Shown one piece after another: positions 50,711-64,000 of a stretch of 64,000 nt of DNA; the first letter of the stretch is position 1, and each line of letters begins with the position of its first letter. The notes below the pieces were generated by a model that was given only the letters and a program-made list of their open reading frames with translations, was not told where the DNA came from and did no database searches. Source of the stretch: Tubiluchus corallicola (lineage: Eukaryota > Animalia > Priapulida); the NCBI GenBank assembly GCA_030141605.1, contig JAQGDQ010000047.1, positions 744,001 to 808,000 of the forward strand, in the 5' to 3' direction. Both the position numbers and the translations under genes were made by a program.

Positions 50711-53700
50711 CTAGTGAATTACATGTAAGATGATTGTTCTAGCAAAATTTCTGGTAATTCCTGGTTCTTGATTATTTACTGTACCTGGACTTGAATTCCG
50801 TTCCATCTGCTTCATTGTTGCGCTCTTTTTTTCCTGTGTTGTTGCATCTGCCACTTTGGTTGTACGTACTGTTGTGACTGTTGTAGTTGCTTTATCAGAG
50901 ATGAGCTTATCGGTGTCATCACCTTTTTCAGTGGTTGCTGCTACTGTTTTAGTGGTAGTAATTTGAGTTGTAACCGTTTCTGTTATGGCTGTCACTAGTT
51001 CGGTCCCATTAGTTTCAGTTTCTGCAATAGTAGTTTTTGTATCACGAGGTAAAAGAGTAGTTGTTGTGTCATTAGTAGATGATATTGTTACTGTCTCGTT
51101 AGCAGTGGCTGTTGTATTGGTTTTGAGTGTTGTTTTTGTCATAGAGGCTGTTATTGTAGCATCCTCATTATAGAGTGTCTCTATGTCAGTAACAGTAGTT
51201 GTATTGTCAATTGTAAGTTGTCCTGTTGTACCACTAATGGTAGTTGCCATATTATTTGTTGCTTCAACAGATGCCATTGACATATCAGTTGCAGAAATAA
51301 TAGTTGCATAAGTAGTATCTGTCACATTTGCTGTTGCTTTGTTGGTATTAAAGGATGATGTGCCAGCAGCAACTGTTTCATATGGTGTAGAAGAGGTTTC
51401 AACAATTGTGAGGGTAACATTTATTGTTACGTTACTGACAGCTGTTGTCCTATTATCATAGTTAGAAGTCTGTATCTCTGTAGAGCCAATTGTAGTATCG
51501 GCAACCGTTGTATTAGTAGGAGTAATTTCAATAGTGTTTTTTGTCATGTCATTAGCAGCAGTGGTTGTAGCTATGTTACCATTTGTTGTTTGTGTCTGGG
51601 TGTATGCACCATCAGTTGTTGTTGCTTGGAATTCAATCATTGTAGTCTCAGCAGCACCAGTAGCTGTCGTATCGTTTTCCATGTGCATAGTTATTGCTGT
51701 TGTTGTGTTGGTCATCTCAAGAGAAGTTAACTCTGCATTACTCGTAATAGCAGTTGAATTTGAATCATTTATGGTGTTTGTTGTCTCAGTGGTTTCTTCT
51801 ACATCATCAGTAGCAGCTATAGTCATTGCACCAGTTGGTGTTGAGAGAGTCGGAATGAACATTATCTCAGTTGTGGTCTTGTGGTCAGTAGTTGCAGTTT
51901 CTGCAACACTTGTTGTTGAGTCAGTAGTGATCATTTCAAAAGAGGTTGTTTCTGTAAAAGTTGGCATAACTGTGGTTTCTGTTTCAATCGATGATAACTT
52001 GGTGTTAGTGACTGTTGTTTCAGTAGAAATACTTTCTGTATCATTTGCTGTGTCTGCAGTCTCTGTGGCAGTTGGCATTGAATTTACACTAATATTGTTA
52101 AACATAGTTGTTACTGCTGCATTAGCAGTAGTTGCAGCTTCAGTTGAATTTTCAAGGAACGTGGTAGAAATCAGGTCATTTGTATATAAGGTGCTCACTA
52201 ATAATTCAGCAGTAGTAGTTTTTGTGGGTGATGTTGTTACTGTCATGTTAGTAGCTGGACATCTTTCAGGTACAGCTGTTCCACATGGTGTGACTCCATT
52301 TACTACTTCACCTAAAGAAATGTTTAAAAAATAATTATGCAAGTATTTGCTAATATGAATTTCATATGTGCTGTGAAAATTATATGTTTCAAAATACCAT
52401 AGTGTATTTACTTGAGAACTCCTTTATTTTTAACCTTAAAATTTTGTTATAAATAATACGTAGTTCTGCTGCTTGGTTGATTTGCAGATGTAAGTGTAAA
52501 AATTAAATTGAGCATATAGTGACCATTAAATGTACTAGTCTGCTAGATTAAAAGATCATGATAGCCTTACTTATGATTATTGTTAATGACAAAATGTCCA
52601 ACTACTCATTCAAATTTTTGCTTGTATTTTTCGTTCTGATTGGCTAACATGGCCAGCAAGTTTAGAAAGCAGCTAGTATCACTTTAAAATGTGCTTTGTC
52701 AGTTTAGGTTTTGCTGCATACTGTTTTAAGATGTTTTAGTTGTTCATGTTTTTATTTTGAAAACTTTATAATTAACTTTTGACTTATGTATCTATTAATC
52801 TACGTTTTTTTATCAAAAATATAAAGTTGACCAATGAAGAAATGATAAGAAAATAAGAAAACTGCATTCATTGAATTTAGCACATTTTAATAATTTTAAT
52901 GTTCAGTTATACATCCCTTGTAATCTTCATATACATTTGTGTATGAACCTAAAGAAGTGTGTATTGATTACAGCACATTAATATTACTTTGCAGTCTGAA
53001 ATTGCACGGTTGTCTAAAAATCTTGAAAATTAAATAAAGTAATACACATTTTTATGATTTTATTGCCAATAAACAGCTAAAAATTACTACAGTCACCTGT
53101 CTGCAGAAATATGAAACGACCTGTTATTGAATCATGACCAAAAGGATTTGGACAGCACTTCTCTTCAGCCACTCTTCCATATTGCCCAAAATAGCCATTG
53201 ACACAATAACAGGCATTCAAATCATTCGGGTCTTTTGCAATAAATTTGTGTCCATAACAGGCTTTTTGACACTGCTGTACAGTGTCGTCACTAGCATCTT
53301 GCAGAACAAAGCTTGCACTGTCAGTCGAATCCAAATAGCATCCAAGTTCAGCTGCAATGTACAACGTTGTTGGAAACAGTTAAAACGGTTGATTGTTCTT
53401 GGTTTTCAGCAGATATTCGCGCTGTGTCTGTGTGATTGGTGATTTTAATATTTGATTCCTACTGATCATTTTTAGGTGTTAATGTTACATTAACATAGAC
53501 ATTGAGCAAGGACGAAAACACTCGAATCGCAGAATTATTAAATTGCCTCACTTTTTAATTTTATAAATTTCAATTAGGGTAATGTTGTGGCAGCCTACGT
53601 CCGAAGTCATGCGAGAAGCTCTTTTGTGAATTAATGTGGTTTTAATTTTACAATGTCGCTTGCGTCATATTGCCATTTGTCATAATTTACTAGCTAAGAG

Positions 53701-56700
53701 GAATAATTTTATGCAAAGTTGACATAAATCTTACTTGGAATTGCTTCGTGTTCAAGTGTAGAGCATCCTAGTAGCTCTATCCGAAAGCCAGCTGTGGTAG
53801 CTACCCCAAAGCTACTTTCTGGATTATTGTTATATGTCAGTACATTTAATCGAATGATTGAGGCCTTGATGGCTGGGAGTATGATATTCACTTTCGGTGT
53901 TACGTGGTCCTCCTCACTTATGACTGCATCAAATTGCTGCCAAAATAGATATAATAAAATGTTATATACTTGTACATATATTATTCCAATTCTAAAACAT
54001 ACTTCGATGTTAAATACATGAATTTCATAGCAGTTACGGTGAAGTGTTTGTTTTGTTAGTTATAGTACCTGTAAGCACTTAGTTGTACTATAAGATTATT
54101 TTACTTTAAGGCTATCTTACATTGCTAATAACAAACTATACTAACAAAGTGCTGTTATGTTTCAGACGATTCTCCTCCCAAATGGGGTAAATATTTCTTC
54201 CTCAAACAAGGTATATACTAGTAGAATGGCCACCAAGCCATTTAGAGACCACAGCCACCAGGCTATGGACTGTCTAGCTTTACAGTAGTTTATATTAAGC
54301 TTACTTTTCGGCTGTCACCCTCCATTACCGTTGTCCAATCTTTAAGCACGTTGTCTTTATATGTTACGTAGAACGTTTTTGTGTAAGAAGGCGATGTTGC
54401 AACAGCACCTTGAGTAACAATGCCAGTTATGAAATGCACTGTCGGGAGGGTTACTTCCAGCCACATTGCTTGATCATCTGCTTGGGGTTTCCAGTATCCC
54501 TTGTTGTCGAAATGAAGTCTAGCATTATGTGCATAATACTCATATCCGTATTCAGATGCGTACATAGACGAGCCAGCAAATGATGTATCTGGTATGCCTG
54601 GCCATCCAGACAACAACCGCTTTGTACAAGTTTCTGAGAAAAAATTGAAGCATTCGAGATGAGTTCAGAAACTGAGAGTTCTAAACTCAATAATACCCTA
54701 ATTAACTAGGATCCGTCATCAGCTAATTATCTTGCCTATCTGTTTTTTTTCAGATAAGTATGTGGTACTTCTTTTCTTTGTGGAATTCGCTGTAACGAAG
54801 TTTGTATGGAAAATTGTTAAATTTCTTTCAAATCGAATAAAATCCTTATAAGTGCTTGAACAAAGCTCTGAAGTTTAGAACTTAAATTTGAACATTTTCA
54901 TTATACTAACTTACGCACAGTTCTTCTTCCAGTAGCTCTGTTCGCATATTCCTACACGTCCCCATCCTCAAAAACATTCAGAACTTCTATTCAAATGTTC
55001 AAAAATTCTGTTTAAGTGGAACGGTTGGAAATTTGTGTTTTCGAATGAAAATTTACACATTTTACGTCCCTTTAGCTGCCTCAGATCCTACACATACGCC
55101 TTACTTGTCACACATTTGTAAATTGTTCACAAGTTGGAATTTCTATTTGAAATAAGAAAAAATGCCGTTTACGCTGAGTTTGAATAATTTTGAACAAAGT
55201 GTTAAAACGGTGTGCAGACATTTTGATACAAACATTTGGACATAGGATGTTTCGCCACAAAATTTTTGGCCCCATAGGTTATTTTAACACATAATGCAAA
55301 ATGGAGGTAAATTCTATACTGTAAACCTAACGATTACTGTAAACCTAACGATTTTATCATTTGAATTTATGAATTTTAATTAATGTTTTTATTGATTGTG
55401 CTTTATTGTAAATATTCACTAATTAATTATTATTGTGTAAATGTAATTATAAACTGGTATGTATGTGTGCTGCAGTTAATTTAATCCTTATTTTTGCAAT
55501 TAGATTTTAGTTAAGGCAGTTTTCATTTCACTTACTTTATATATTGTATTTTATATGGACTTTTTGTTTAAAAATAAAATTATAATCAAGCAGTCAAACA
55601 CAGATAATGTGAACACAGAATCCTCTGGAAACATAAGCGCTTTGGACACAAGACAGGTGGGTACGTAAGTCATTGGATACAAAGGTATTTTGGACACAGG
55701 CTAGTCAGACACAGGTAATTTGAACACATAGGCACTATAATTTCTACACATAGGCTATTTGGAAACAAGGACTACTTGGTACATAATGAATTTGGACACA
55801 TTATGACTGGAACACATAGCTCATTGGGACACAAGGTATTTTGGACACAGGCTACTTGGACACAGTGTGATTTGAATACATAGGTTATTTGGACACATAC
55901 CTCATTTTGCACAAGAATTGGGTATTTCAAAGAGTAGGTATTTAGACATGTGTAGTTTATTTTTCGCTGTTGAGCATCTGAGAATCCTCTCACAGTTTTG
56001 TGTCAAATTCACATTTTATTGCGTATGTTATGTGACAGAACCGAATCTGCCAACATGGCTGACCATCCTTAATAATATGGGCAATAAAATACAAAAGCTT
56101 TGCTCCCCAAATATATTTAAAAAATTCAAGACAATTTAATAATAGAATAAAATAGAATAGAATGTATTTACTAATCGCCTTCACTCAAAAAATCAGATAA
56201 CAAAACAGAAATAACATACAAATGGAGACGGGGTTGCGAAAAGACCAATGGTCACCAAGTCAACCACACTAGGACCATTACATGTACTTTTCTGCTTTCG
56301 TATGTACTGGTATTTTGAAGTGAGAACATTCATTCCATTCCAGAGATATCGAAATGAGCGGTTAATGTATTATAATCGATTAGTGATCGCAGATTGATCA
56401 GTTCTCAAAAGAGTAACCACGCACATTGTTTTCAGGGAAACTATGCTTGCAGATAATGCAAGATTCAGCATGTGGTGAAGGTAACTGTGGCGAGAATATT
56501 TATTCATACCTGCGAGAATTTGGGTTTGTCAGGCAAAATTCTCATCGCACGACAAACTATACGAACTAAAAAGTTCGTTGTTTTATCTCAATTAATACCT
56601 AAACATCTTTATCTGTAAAACATTATTATCACACTTTGAGAGCGGATTAATTAAGTGGGGGAAGGTGCTACAAGAAATCCTGCTGTATCTGTCACAATCG

Positions 56701-59700
56701 CCATAACTACCGTCACCGCGTGTAGATAAACACATTCTCTGAAACCGCCCTAATAACCTTATTTACGTGTAATTTCATTTTGACCTGCAGATTGCAGTTA
56801 CTTTTATGGGAGTTGGTTTCGAGGTAGCTAGAAAAGAATCTTATTCAAAACAGAGAATATATTTTGAAGAGAGATACTGATCTGCGTTTTATTTGAGTTA
56901 TCAAAAACTTCCTGAATTTTGAAAAAAGTAGTTTAAATTCACCCGTTCAGAATAACAGGATATAGCTAGACAACAAATATTGCTAAATGTTCCGGTCAGA
57001 TCCAAATGGTACCTTGCCTAAAAAGTTTACATGTCCAGATCATCTTACGCAATATATTTGGTTTAAATAGTAAATAATCCTAATTTCCAGATGACTTAAT
57101 GATGTAATTACATTTTAGAACCAAACATGGCTGAAACAAAAACGTATGAAAAACAGCGGAGCTTCAGATGAGCTTGAATTTGAACTAGGGTCCCTGGCTC
57201 ATTATTTCACCCTATATTTCACATTAACTGTGTGTCCAAGTTAAGTATGTTTGGATTTTCAAGATGAGTTATGTATGTTCAAATTACCTACATATCACAC
57301 TAACCTGTATGTAAGGGACTTGCGTGCCTAAAATTACGTAAGCTGACTTTGAATTAGTGACCAAAGAGGTTATGTGTCCTGTGGGTCCAAAACACCTATA
57401 GTGTCTAAATAGTTTATGTGTCCAAAATACCTAGTGCCTAAATGTCCTATGTGTCCATGTTAGTGTCCAATGTGCCCAAAATACATTGAGTCCAAATGAC
57501 CTACGTGCCCAAACTGCCTGTCTCCAAATAATCTATGTACCCAAACTGCTTGTGTCCAAACTGTCTTGTGTTTAAATAACCTCCATGTTCAAAACATCTA
57601 TTTTTTCCATATCCTGTGTGTCCGAATAAAACGTGTGTACAAAGTTTTACCTTGTATCCAAATGACCCATATGTCCAAACTGTCTGTGTCCAAATAACCT
57701 ATGTGCAAAAATGTTCTGTATCCAAATAACTTATTCAAAATGTGTGTGTCAAAATAGCCTGTTCCTAGAATCCCTCTCCCCAAAACCTTGTAACTGCTGA
57801 TAACGTACTAGCATCTAAGAACGAAAAGACACCACAAAAAGGACACTTACCAGCAAATGGACAACTCACAACAGCAGGAAACATTGCTGATTCTTGTGAA
57901 CCATCCGGATCAATAATGTACACGCCATTCTGTGTTGTGAATGTAGACTCGGAGGTAAACTTAGACATGATGTCCTCACTACACGAAGGTGCCATATCTG
58001 TTTCGTAAGTGTCACATTCACCTATAAAGTGCAGCAATGCAACTTATAATGTTGGTGTACTACTCAAGCAATACTGTTATCATTAATTTTTTTGTTCGAT
58101 CCTGCCATGGCTACAGATCCATGGTAAGGGTGGCCAGTACTTTTGTAGTCCCCAATTGTGATTGGAGAACTTAAAAAGTCCGTCCACTAAAAATTCTAAT
58201 AAAAAATAAGTGCGCAGCTGTGTTTTATGGATCATCCTTGATCGTAACTGAACGGAACAGTGTACTTCGTGTCAATTTTGTAAAGGGATAGGCTAGGTTC
58301 ATACTAACGTGTCATGTCACTAGTGATCTAATTCTTACCACTAGTTTTCCCTATCTCAGATTATCGTGACTCAAAGCTGTTCTTGAGTACTATATATCTA
58401 TACTATATATATATGGGTTTAGTAGATCACTCCAGTGACTCCTATACACTGGAGATATAATGTACGCAAGATTGGACCAACGAGATAGAACGGCCCAATA
58501 CACATGTCATTAACTTCAATTTGTGTAGTATGGTTAATTTTATGACCTTTTTTTGACAATTTAATCTCATACTTACTTGGCACCTTCTTGCAGATGAAGC
58601 TGAACTGTTGTGAGCATACAGCTTCCTGCCACTGACCAGATGATATTTGCAATATTGCACATTGGCTGTCTCTATTCTGAGGCACACTTCCCCATTTGTT
58701 CACATTTACCTCTTCTGCGTTGACCCAATTGTGATATTTGTTATCGCGGTTTGAATCAAACAAACCAATCAGCCTATTAAAATGTTTTTGAAAGGTACAT
58801 CTACAAGAAAATAAGATTGACAGAGAATGCAATTATAAATTTTGTATAGTCAGAGCTTGAGCCTGGGGCCTTCTATTTTTTCGATTGATAATTCTTGATT
58901 GATCGATGTTTTACCTTGTACACCCAGTGATGCTCGTGATGATGACAACTCTATTCAACTTAAAGTTAAAGATTCTCCAAATTACAGTGATTTTGATTTT
59001 ATGGATTTTTGTAGTCAATCGTATAATGAGTTTCACAGGCAACTGTTCTCATGGTCGTTTTATCATTTATTTACGTGACAATGTCTCATACAAAGTTCTT
59101 TCAGTGCCTGCTCATGATAATAACCTGCGGGAAGATCAATTCCTTCAAATTTATGACTTCCGCTCCGGCAAAAAATCGTCTGCCTATTAATGTAGTTTCT
59201 TTTTGCACTGATTTAGCGACCAGTTACCAAATATTCTTGGTTCACTTCAGTCCGGGTGTTGTGTCTATGTTTGTGGCCGCACCAACATAAATTTATTAAA
59301 AAAAATCAATGATAAATGTGAAACTCGATATTTTCTCGGTTCGGCGTTTACAATTTTTTTACCTAAAATTACACGTCCCACAAGCAATAGCCACCACTAG
59401 TTGCACATTAATAGACAATTTCTTAACAACTCAATATTATTAACATATATTGAATATTGACCTATATTGGAATATTAACAAATCAAATATCATAAGATAG
59501 TTTTTTACTTCTCTTCAACTGGGCTTAGAAAAAACAAAGCTCTCAAATTTATTGAATACCGAACAACTTATTGAGTCTTTTCAAACACCTCTCAGTAACA
59601 CTGATTTCACTATTATTGACTCAACAGTGCCGAAATTTCATCCTGATTGTGAAAGGTTTGTTGTTCTAGCTAGTACATGAGACGAACACTTACCCTTAGT

Positions 59701-62700
59701 TAAATAAAATTTAATCGCTTTACATTCTGTTAAACCCTGAATGACACCGTCTCGTTTACATGCAATTAAAACCAAAGATCGGCTCTTTTCCGTTAATTTA
59801 ATCTGCTGAAGCTTGGATATTTACTTGCTGTTACAAAGCTTATTTTAATTTACTTACTACGTGTAGTTTAATTATTAGATTAATCAATTATTTTTTATTT
59901 CCTGCTTATATAATGCGAGGAACTGACTACCATGATTACCAAACCAGAGCTAGAGCTGCAGAAGCTGCAGAGTCAACCTAACTTACGCTCAATGCAGTAT
60001 TTTCGTTCGATGGTTACCCCTACTATTTGTGTTAATGGTTTGAGTGGCCAGTACGTTTTACGGCGTATGTATGGGTCTTCTTGTCATTAAAATATGTAAA
60101 TGTTTCAAAATCGTGATGTGGGATTCTAGGTTGAGTAAAAAATAAAAGTTAAAAAAGTTAAATGCTTCCAAATGCCGTAAAAAGAGGTAAACTATATACA
60201 ATAATTGTCAGTTTCTTATTACTGTTTCAACTGGAAGTTGTCAAAACATACAGTTCCATTATGGCGCATACTGCGCTAATAGCATTTGTCTCGCAAGCAC
60301 AATATCCTAGTTCTTAATCTGGGTACAATTGGAGCAAATTTTTCACAACCTGCATATGCACTTGTCCCATTTGAAATCGTTAGGAGATTTGAGAAGCAAC
60401 ATAATATGTTTGAAGCAATAGGAAGAGTTTGTACTTCGTGAACAGTTCAGCCTAGCTACGTGGGCATATCCAAGAATGAATATATTACATGTACACGTAA
60501 TGCAAAAAGCCGCCGACCTATTCATTTTAATAACAAAGTTTGAACGTTTTTCTGTACAGAGTGACGAATGTATTTCAGACATCCAACTGCAAAACGCAAA
60601 AGGGCACTCGGACGTCGGGATAGTACATTTGGTATTTCGGTTGTTAGTACAATTTAGATGAGTTTATAGTCCAAGAGCACGTGACGAAATAGCATCCTCA
60701 TCGGGAACATGATTTTCGATCACTGCGTATCGTAGATACAAATCTGGACTTCCACAAATGACTATTCGTTTGCAACGATTTCAGGGTTTTCAGTGGCTAC
60801 ACCCCAAAATAGGTACTCCCAAAAGGCCTATAAGTTCCTCATTAGGAACATACTTTTCGAGCACTGCATATCGCAGCTATGAGTCTTGCATATATGACTA
60901 TCCGTTTGTAATGGGAGCAGAGCTTTCAGGAGGTACAGCCCAAGACAGACGCCTTGCTATATAATTGTATCACACGCCTATATACGTCAATCATTGGACA
61001 ATTAATTATTTTATTTGAAAAGGCTGTGGGATTTTATCATAGTAAATGGATATATGTTCCAACATTGAGCATTCTAAATAAAGTCTCAAATTATTTATAA
61101 CAAAAACAATATCCGTTTGATAAACAACCCAGTATGGCCTGTTATATATGTTATTAGAAAAATCCAACTTTTTCTGCTGCTTAGCAGTCTTTATGTATTT
61201 ATTTCCTGGAGATGACTGCTAGATTGTGGTAGAAAGAGCGTCATCATCATCATTATTAGCAGCAGTAACAATACTTGCCAGTGACCGTAACAACATCGTT
61301 GTGAATATTTAAGGTTTTATCTAGAATCTAGCAAAGGTCGGGAGAATATGATTTCCTTTGAAGCATCTCTGGATGAAACAATATGTCTGACATCGCACAG
61401 CCATTAAGTTGTCAAAGCCCCACTCCGTTCAGAAACGAATAGCCAATTGTCGAATACCATGCCCATATACGCTCATGCCCATATGTGCTTTTCTGTATAT
61501 GTGATCTACGATATGCAGTATTCGTGTTCATGGTCAGGATGCAACTGGAAGATGACGATGAGAATGATGAAGATTTTAGGAGGTTATGTGTCTTTTTGGG
61601 GTATCCATTTTGGCGTGTACCTCCTAAAAGCCCTGCTCCCATCTCAAAGAATTTGTCATGTTTCTGATTGGGAGGTTATATGTCTTTTTGGGGTACCTAT
61701 TTTGTGGTGTTCCCTTTGAACCCCTACTCCCATTACAATCGAATAATCGTTTGTGGAATGCCACACAAGTATCTACGATAAGCAGTACTCGAAAATCATG
61801 TTCCGGAATTGTTCTCGATGAGGAGGTTATTTCATCAGGGGTTCTTTGACTATAAAGCTAGTTAGCGTAACTGATCTAGTCCAAAACAAAATACGTTTAT
61901 GTGTACATACCATTGTTCTGCATATGAGGAAGAGTTCTTAATTGTTGTCATCACGGCGTCGTGTTCTACCGAATTTTCAAAAGAAGCTAGGTGTCCTCCC
62001 ATGTTATTGCAGTACAGCATGGCATGCAGAAAATCCATTACAGGGGTGTTTACGAAGTGGAAACAGATGCCAGATACCTTTGTCCACTCCTCGCTACAAT
62101 TCATATTTGTTGTTTTTCCTGTGCGGAATTTGGGAAGTTAGCTAATAACGCAAAACTGTACAATCGGCTCACATGCATCATAATTAGCATGCAGCATTTT
62201 GAAATTAAATGGAGAAATCCATCCGTTTTTGCAGTTTTTTTTAACAAACTACACAGTGTGGACCAACTCTTATCTCTTGTAAAGAAAAAGCAGATTATTG
62301 GTGTTGTTTAGTTTATTAAATTTAGGGTATTTAGTTCGTTTTATCACTACATTTAAAACTTGCATTGCCTGTATCGTGCCCTAAGAGCCGGCGCCGACGA
62401 AACTGTACTTTGTAAGTTGTAATGGAAAACAATAATAAACTTGCCTTCTGCTCCTCCACCTTGATCACCATCACATCCACATTTGCTACATGTTATGTCA
62501 CACTCTCCACATGGATAGTACCAACACCAATAGATCGAACAATCTGTTTCTGTCTCTTCACATGCTGTAATAATTAAAATTACATATTGTCTTCACGCTG
62601 TTGTTTATTTGTTCGAGCGAATCAAATCTTAATGTAGTATTTTGAAATTAGACTGCAAACTCCCAGAGACCTAGCTTATTGGGGGGGGGGGGGGGTGAGA

Positions 62701-63741
62701 GGCAATCGCCCCCGTGTGCAAGGCTGAAAGGGCGCGAAATTCTTCTATTTACTTCAATAACTGTTAATTATTAATTACAACCCGACATTAACAATTAACA
62801 AAAGTTTTCAAACGACAGCAAAATTGCCCAGTGAGAGATCATCGTAGCTGAATTACCACGTGCCTGGTGCTAGAAAAAAAACTAATGATGCTACATAACG
62901 GTATGTGTAAATTTGAGGGCGTCACATTTTAGAAAAAATCTTATTATCCTCGGAAAACGTGTATACTTACATATTCACGTAAAGGGGCGCATTTTATAAC
63001 ACACCACAGGCAGTTGCTGAGCGAAGCTTTTATAATAGTACCACATAGCGAACAGAGGCAAAGTATTACACACAAGTCTGCTTAAATATAAGCGTTATGC
63101 AAATACTTGTAATTAATAATGACCACAGCGAAACTAGGTTAATAATGCTTCTAATAAACACAAGTATTGTTTAATCTGCTCGTTGCAAAAGCAACCATAA
63201 ATTCACAATAGAGATGGACGAGACAAAACTACCAGCCTAGGGCGTCGAGAAGTCTTGATACGTTTGCGAAGTAGCTTATCATGTAATAAATTTTTATCAG
63301 TTTTTAATATTGTTTACACCGTATTCTAAATTTTTAGGAAAAAAAATTGATTCGTTGAAAATGGCAGAAGGTGTTCTAAATGACATATCCTGGCTGATGA
63401 GCAGAAATATTCAATAAGAGAGTAACCCAATGCTTTAAATTGCGGACTAGTTTCAGTAACAGTTTTAATGTGGTATCATACTGGTAACTTTGGCTCAATA
63501 AATTACAAATGTTTCGCACCTTCCATATGGTGTGTAAATATGAGAATCCAAATCAGTCCGCACTCAATCTGCAAAAAATACATAAATAAAGACATCGGAG
63601 ATTGTAGGAAATTATCAATAATAATTATTCTGAAGCTCATGAGTAATTTTCCTACTTTAATGCCCCGGAATATCTTATCAATAATAATAAGTTTAATAAT
63701 CTTACCAGTTTTATGGCTATTTTCGTTTTTGTTGCCTCCAT
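50711..63741 (-). CDS. Secreted mosaic lectin/mucin-like protein: signal peptide, ShKT-like, C-type lectin, fibrinogen-N-like, F5/8 type C, WSC, Thr-rich mucin tail (~1055 aa, 10 coding exons)
   Basis: Exons (minus): 63741-63706, 63568-63520, 62564-62445 (GC donor), 62118-61911, 58773-58577, 58021-57851, 54633-54305, 53936-53735, 53351-53097, 52311-50711; 3168 nt in frame. N-terminus MEATKTKIAIKLIECGLIWILIFTHHMEA; CDITCSKC; CTLD CSEEW..CFHF..YC..GGHLAS..WLIGL..CA..W..C...FSFIC; NGVYIIDPDG; F5/8C NARL..WLEV..ITGIVTQG..FRIELLGC; WSC LGCYLD..TVQQCQKAC..CYC. Confidence 0.85.
55215..57765. mobile_element. Foldback-like element with inverted arms built from ~20-bp subrepeats
   Basis: Left arm (55215-55295, 55600-55950) carries many degenerate aggttatttggacaca units; right arm (57230-57765) carries the reverse complement tgtgtccaaataacct. 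Exact termini and TSD not resolved. Confidence 0.7.
56140..56620 (-). mobile_element. Probable LINE 3' end nested in the foldback-like element
   Basis: (AATAG)n microsatellite tail at 56141-56163, next to a minus-strand RSFRY..WN-like remnant typical of L2/CR1 ORF2 ends; highly decayed. Confidence 0.4.
60669..61850. mobile_element. Non-autonomous DNA transposon (~1.18 kb) with long imperfect TIRs
   Basis: TATA|gtccaagagcacgtgacgaaatagcatcctcatcg...ggaacatgattttcga...tatcgtagatac versus right end (rc) TATA|gtcaaagaacccctgatgaaataacctcctcatcg...ggaacatgattttcga...tatcgtagatac; similarity extends about 250-280 bp. Confidence 0.88.
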
Positions 63742-64000
63742 CCTGGACCTAAAAACAGCTTATATAGATTCATTGCATTTAATATACAAAATATCTAATT
63801 TTGTTAACTAAAGGGTTATGTGTGGCCGCACTTGCATGCGTATTGTAGTTAAATGTCACCGTGCCTGGTAAGTAAATGAACGGGTAACCATGGACGGGTA
63901 ACCGCCATAAAAACTGGTTCAGGGCGACTTTATTTATCTATGTATAGCTACTACACACTACACGCGTCTCGAAGTGTTACATTAGTTAACTGTTACAGTG

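Noticed and set aside
50985-52334. Long Val-rich plus-strand ORFs (266 aa, 62 aa) that look like membrane proteins
   Set aside because: Antisense shadow of the Thr-rich (ACN codon) mucin exon.
55600-55950. Regularly spaced repeats that could suggest a CRISPR array
   Set aside because: Units are degenerate and about 20 bp with no unique spacers and no cas genes, in a eukaryotic intron; explained as transposon subterminal repeats.
62681-63270. G15 run with GC-rich patches resembling a hAT-type MITE
   Set aside because: No convincing TIR pair or 8-bp TSD found.

Overview
AT-rich, intron-rich eukaryotic (invertebrate metazoan) genomic DNA; an invertebrate deuterostome such as a tunicate is plausible, but that is only an inference. 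Most ORFs in the supplied track are noise or exon fragments. Joining exons by hand at splice sites with consistent phase gives four apparently complete genes: (1) an unnamed ~504-aa Ser-rich/coiled-coil protein with a C-terminal CAP-Gly domain (+, 12720-26227); (2) UBA5, the UFM1 E1 enzyme (-, 12 exons, 399 aa, 28886-40105); (3) JMJD4 (+, 7 coding exons, ~507 aa, 43236-49737), head-to-head with UBA5; (4) a secreted ~1055-aa mosaic protein with signal peptide, ShKT-like Cys module, C-type lectin, fibrinogen-N-like module, F5/8C, WSC and Thr-rich mucin tail (-, 50711-63741). The first 11 kb is a recent tandem duplication with a templated inverted junction and PIF/Harbinger relics. Introns hold LINE fragments, MITEs, tRNA-derived repeats and a foldback-like element. 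The most unusual observations are a glycogenin pseudogene fragment fused to a 5'-truncated CR1 LINE, a tandem-duplicated 3' splice site in UBA5, and the two lineage-specific protein architectures. I found no unequivocal new multi-gene system.
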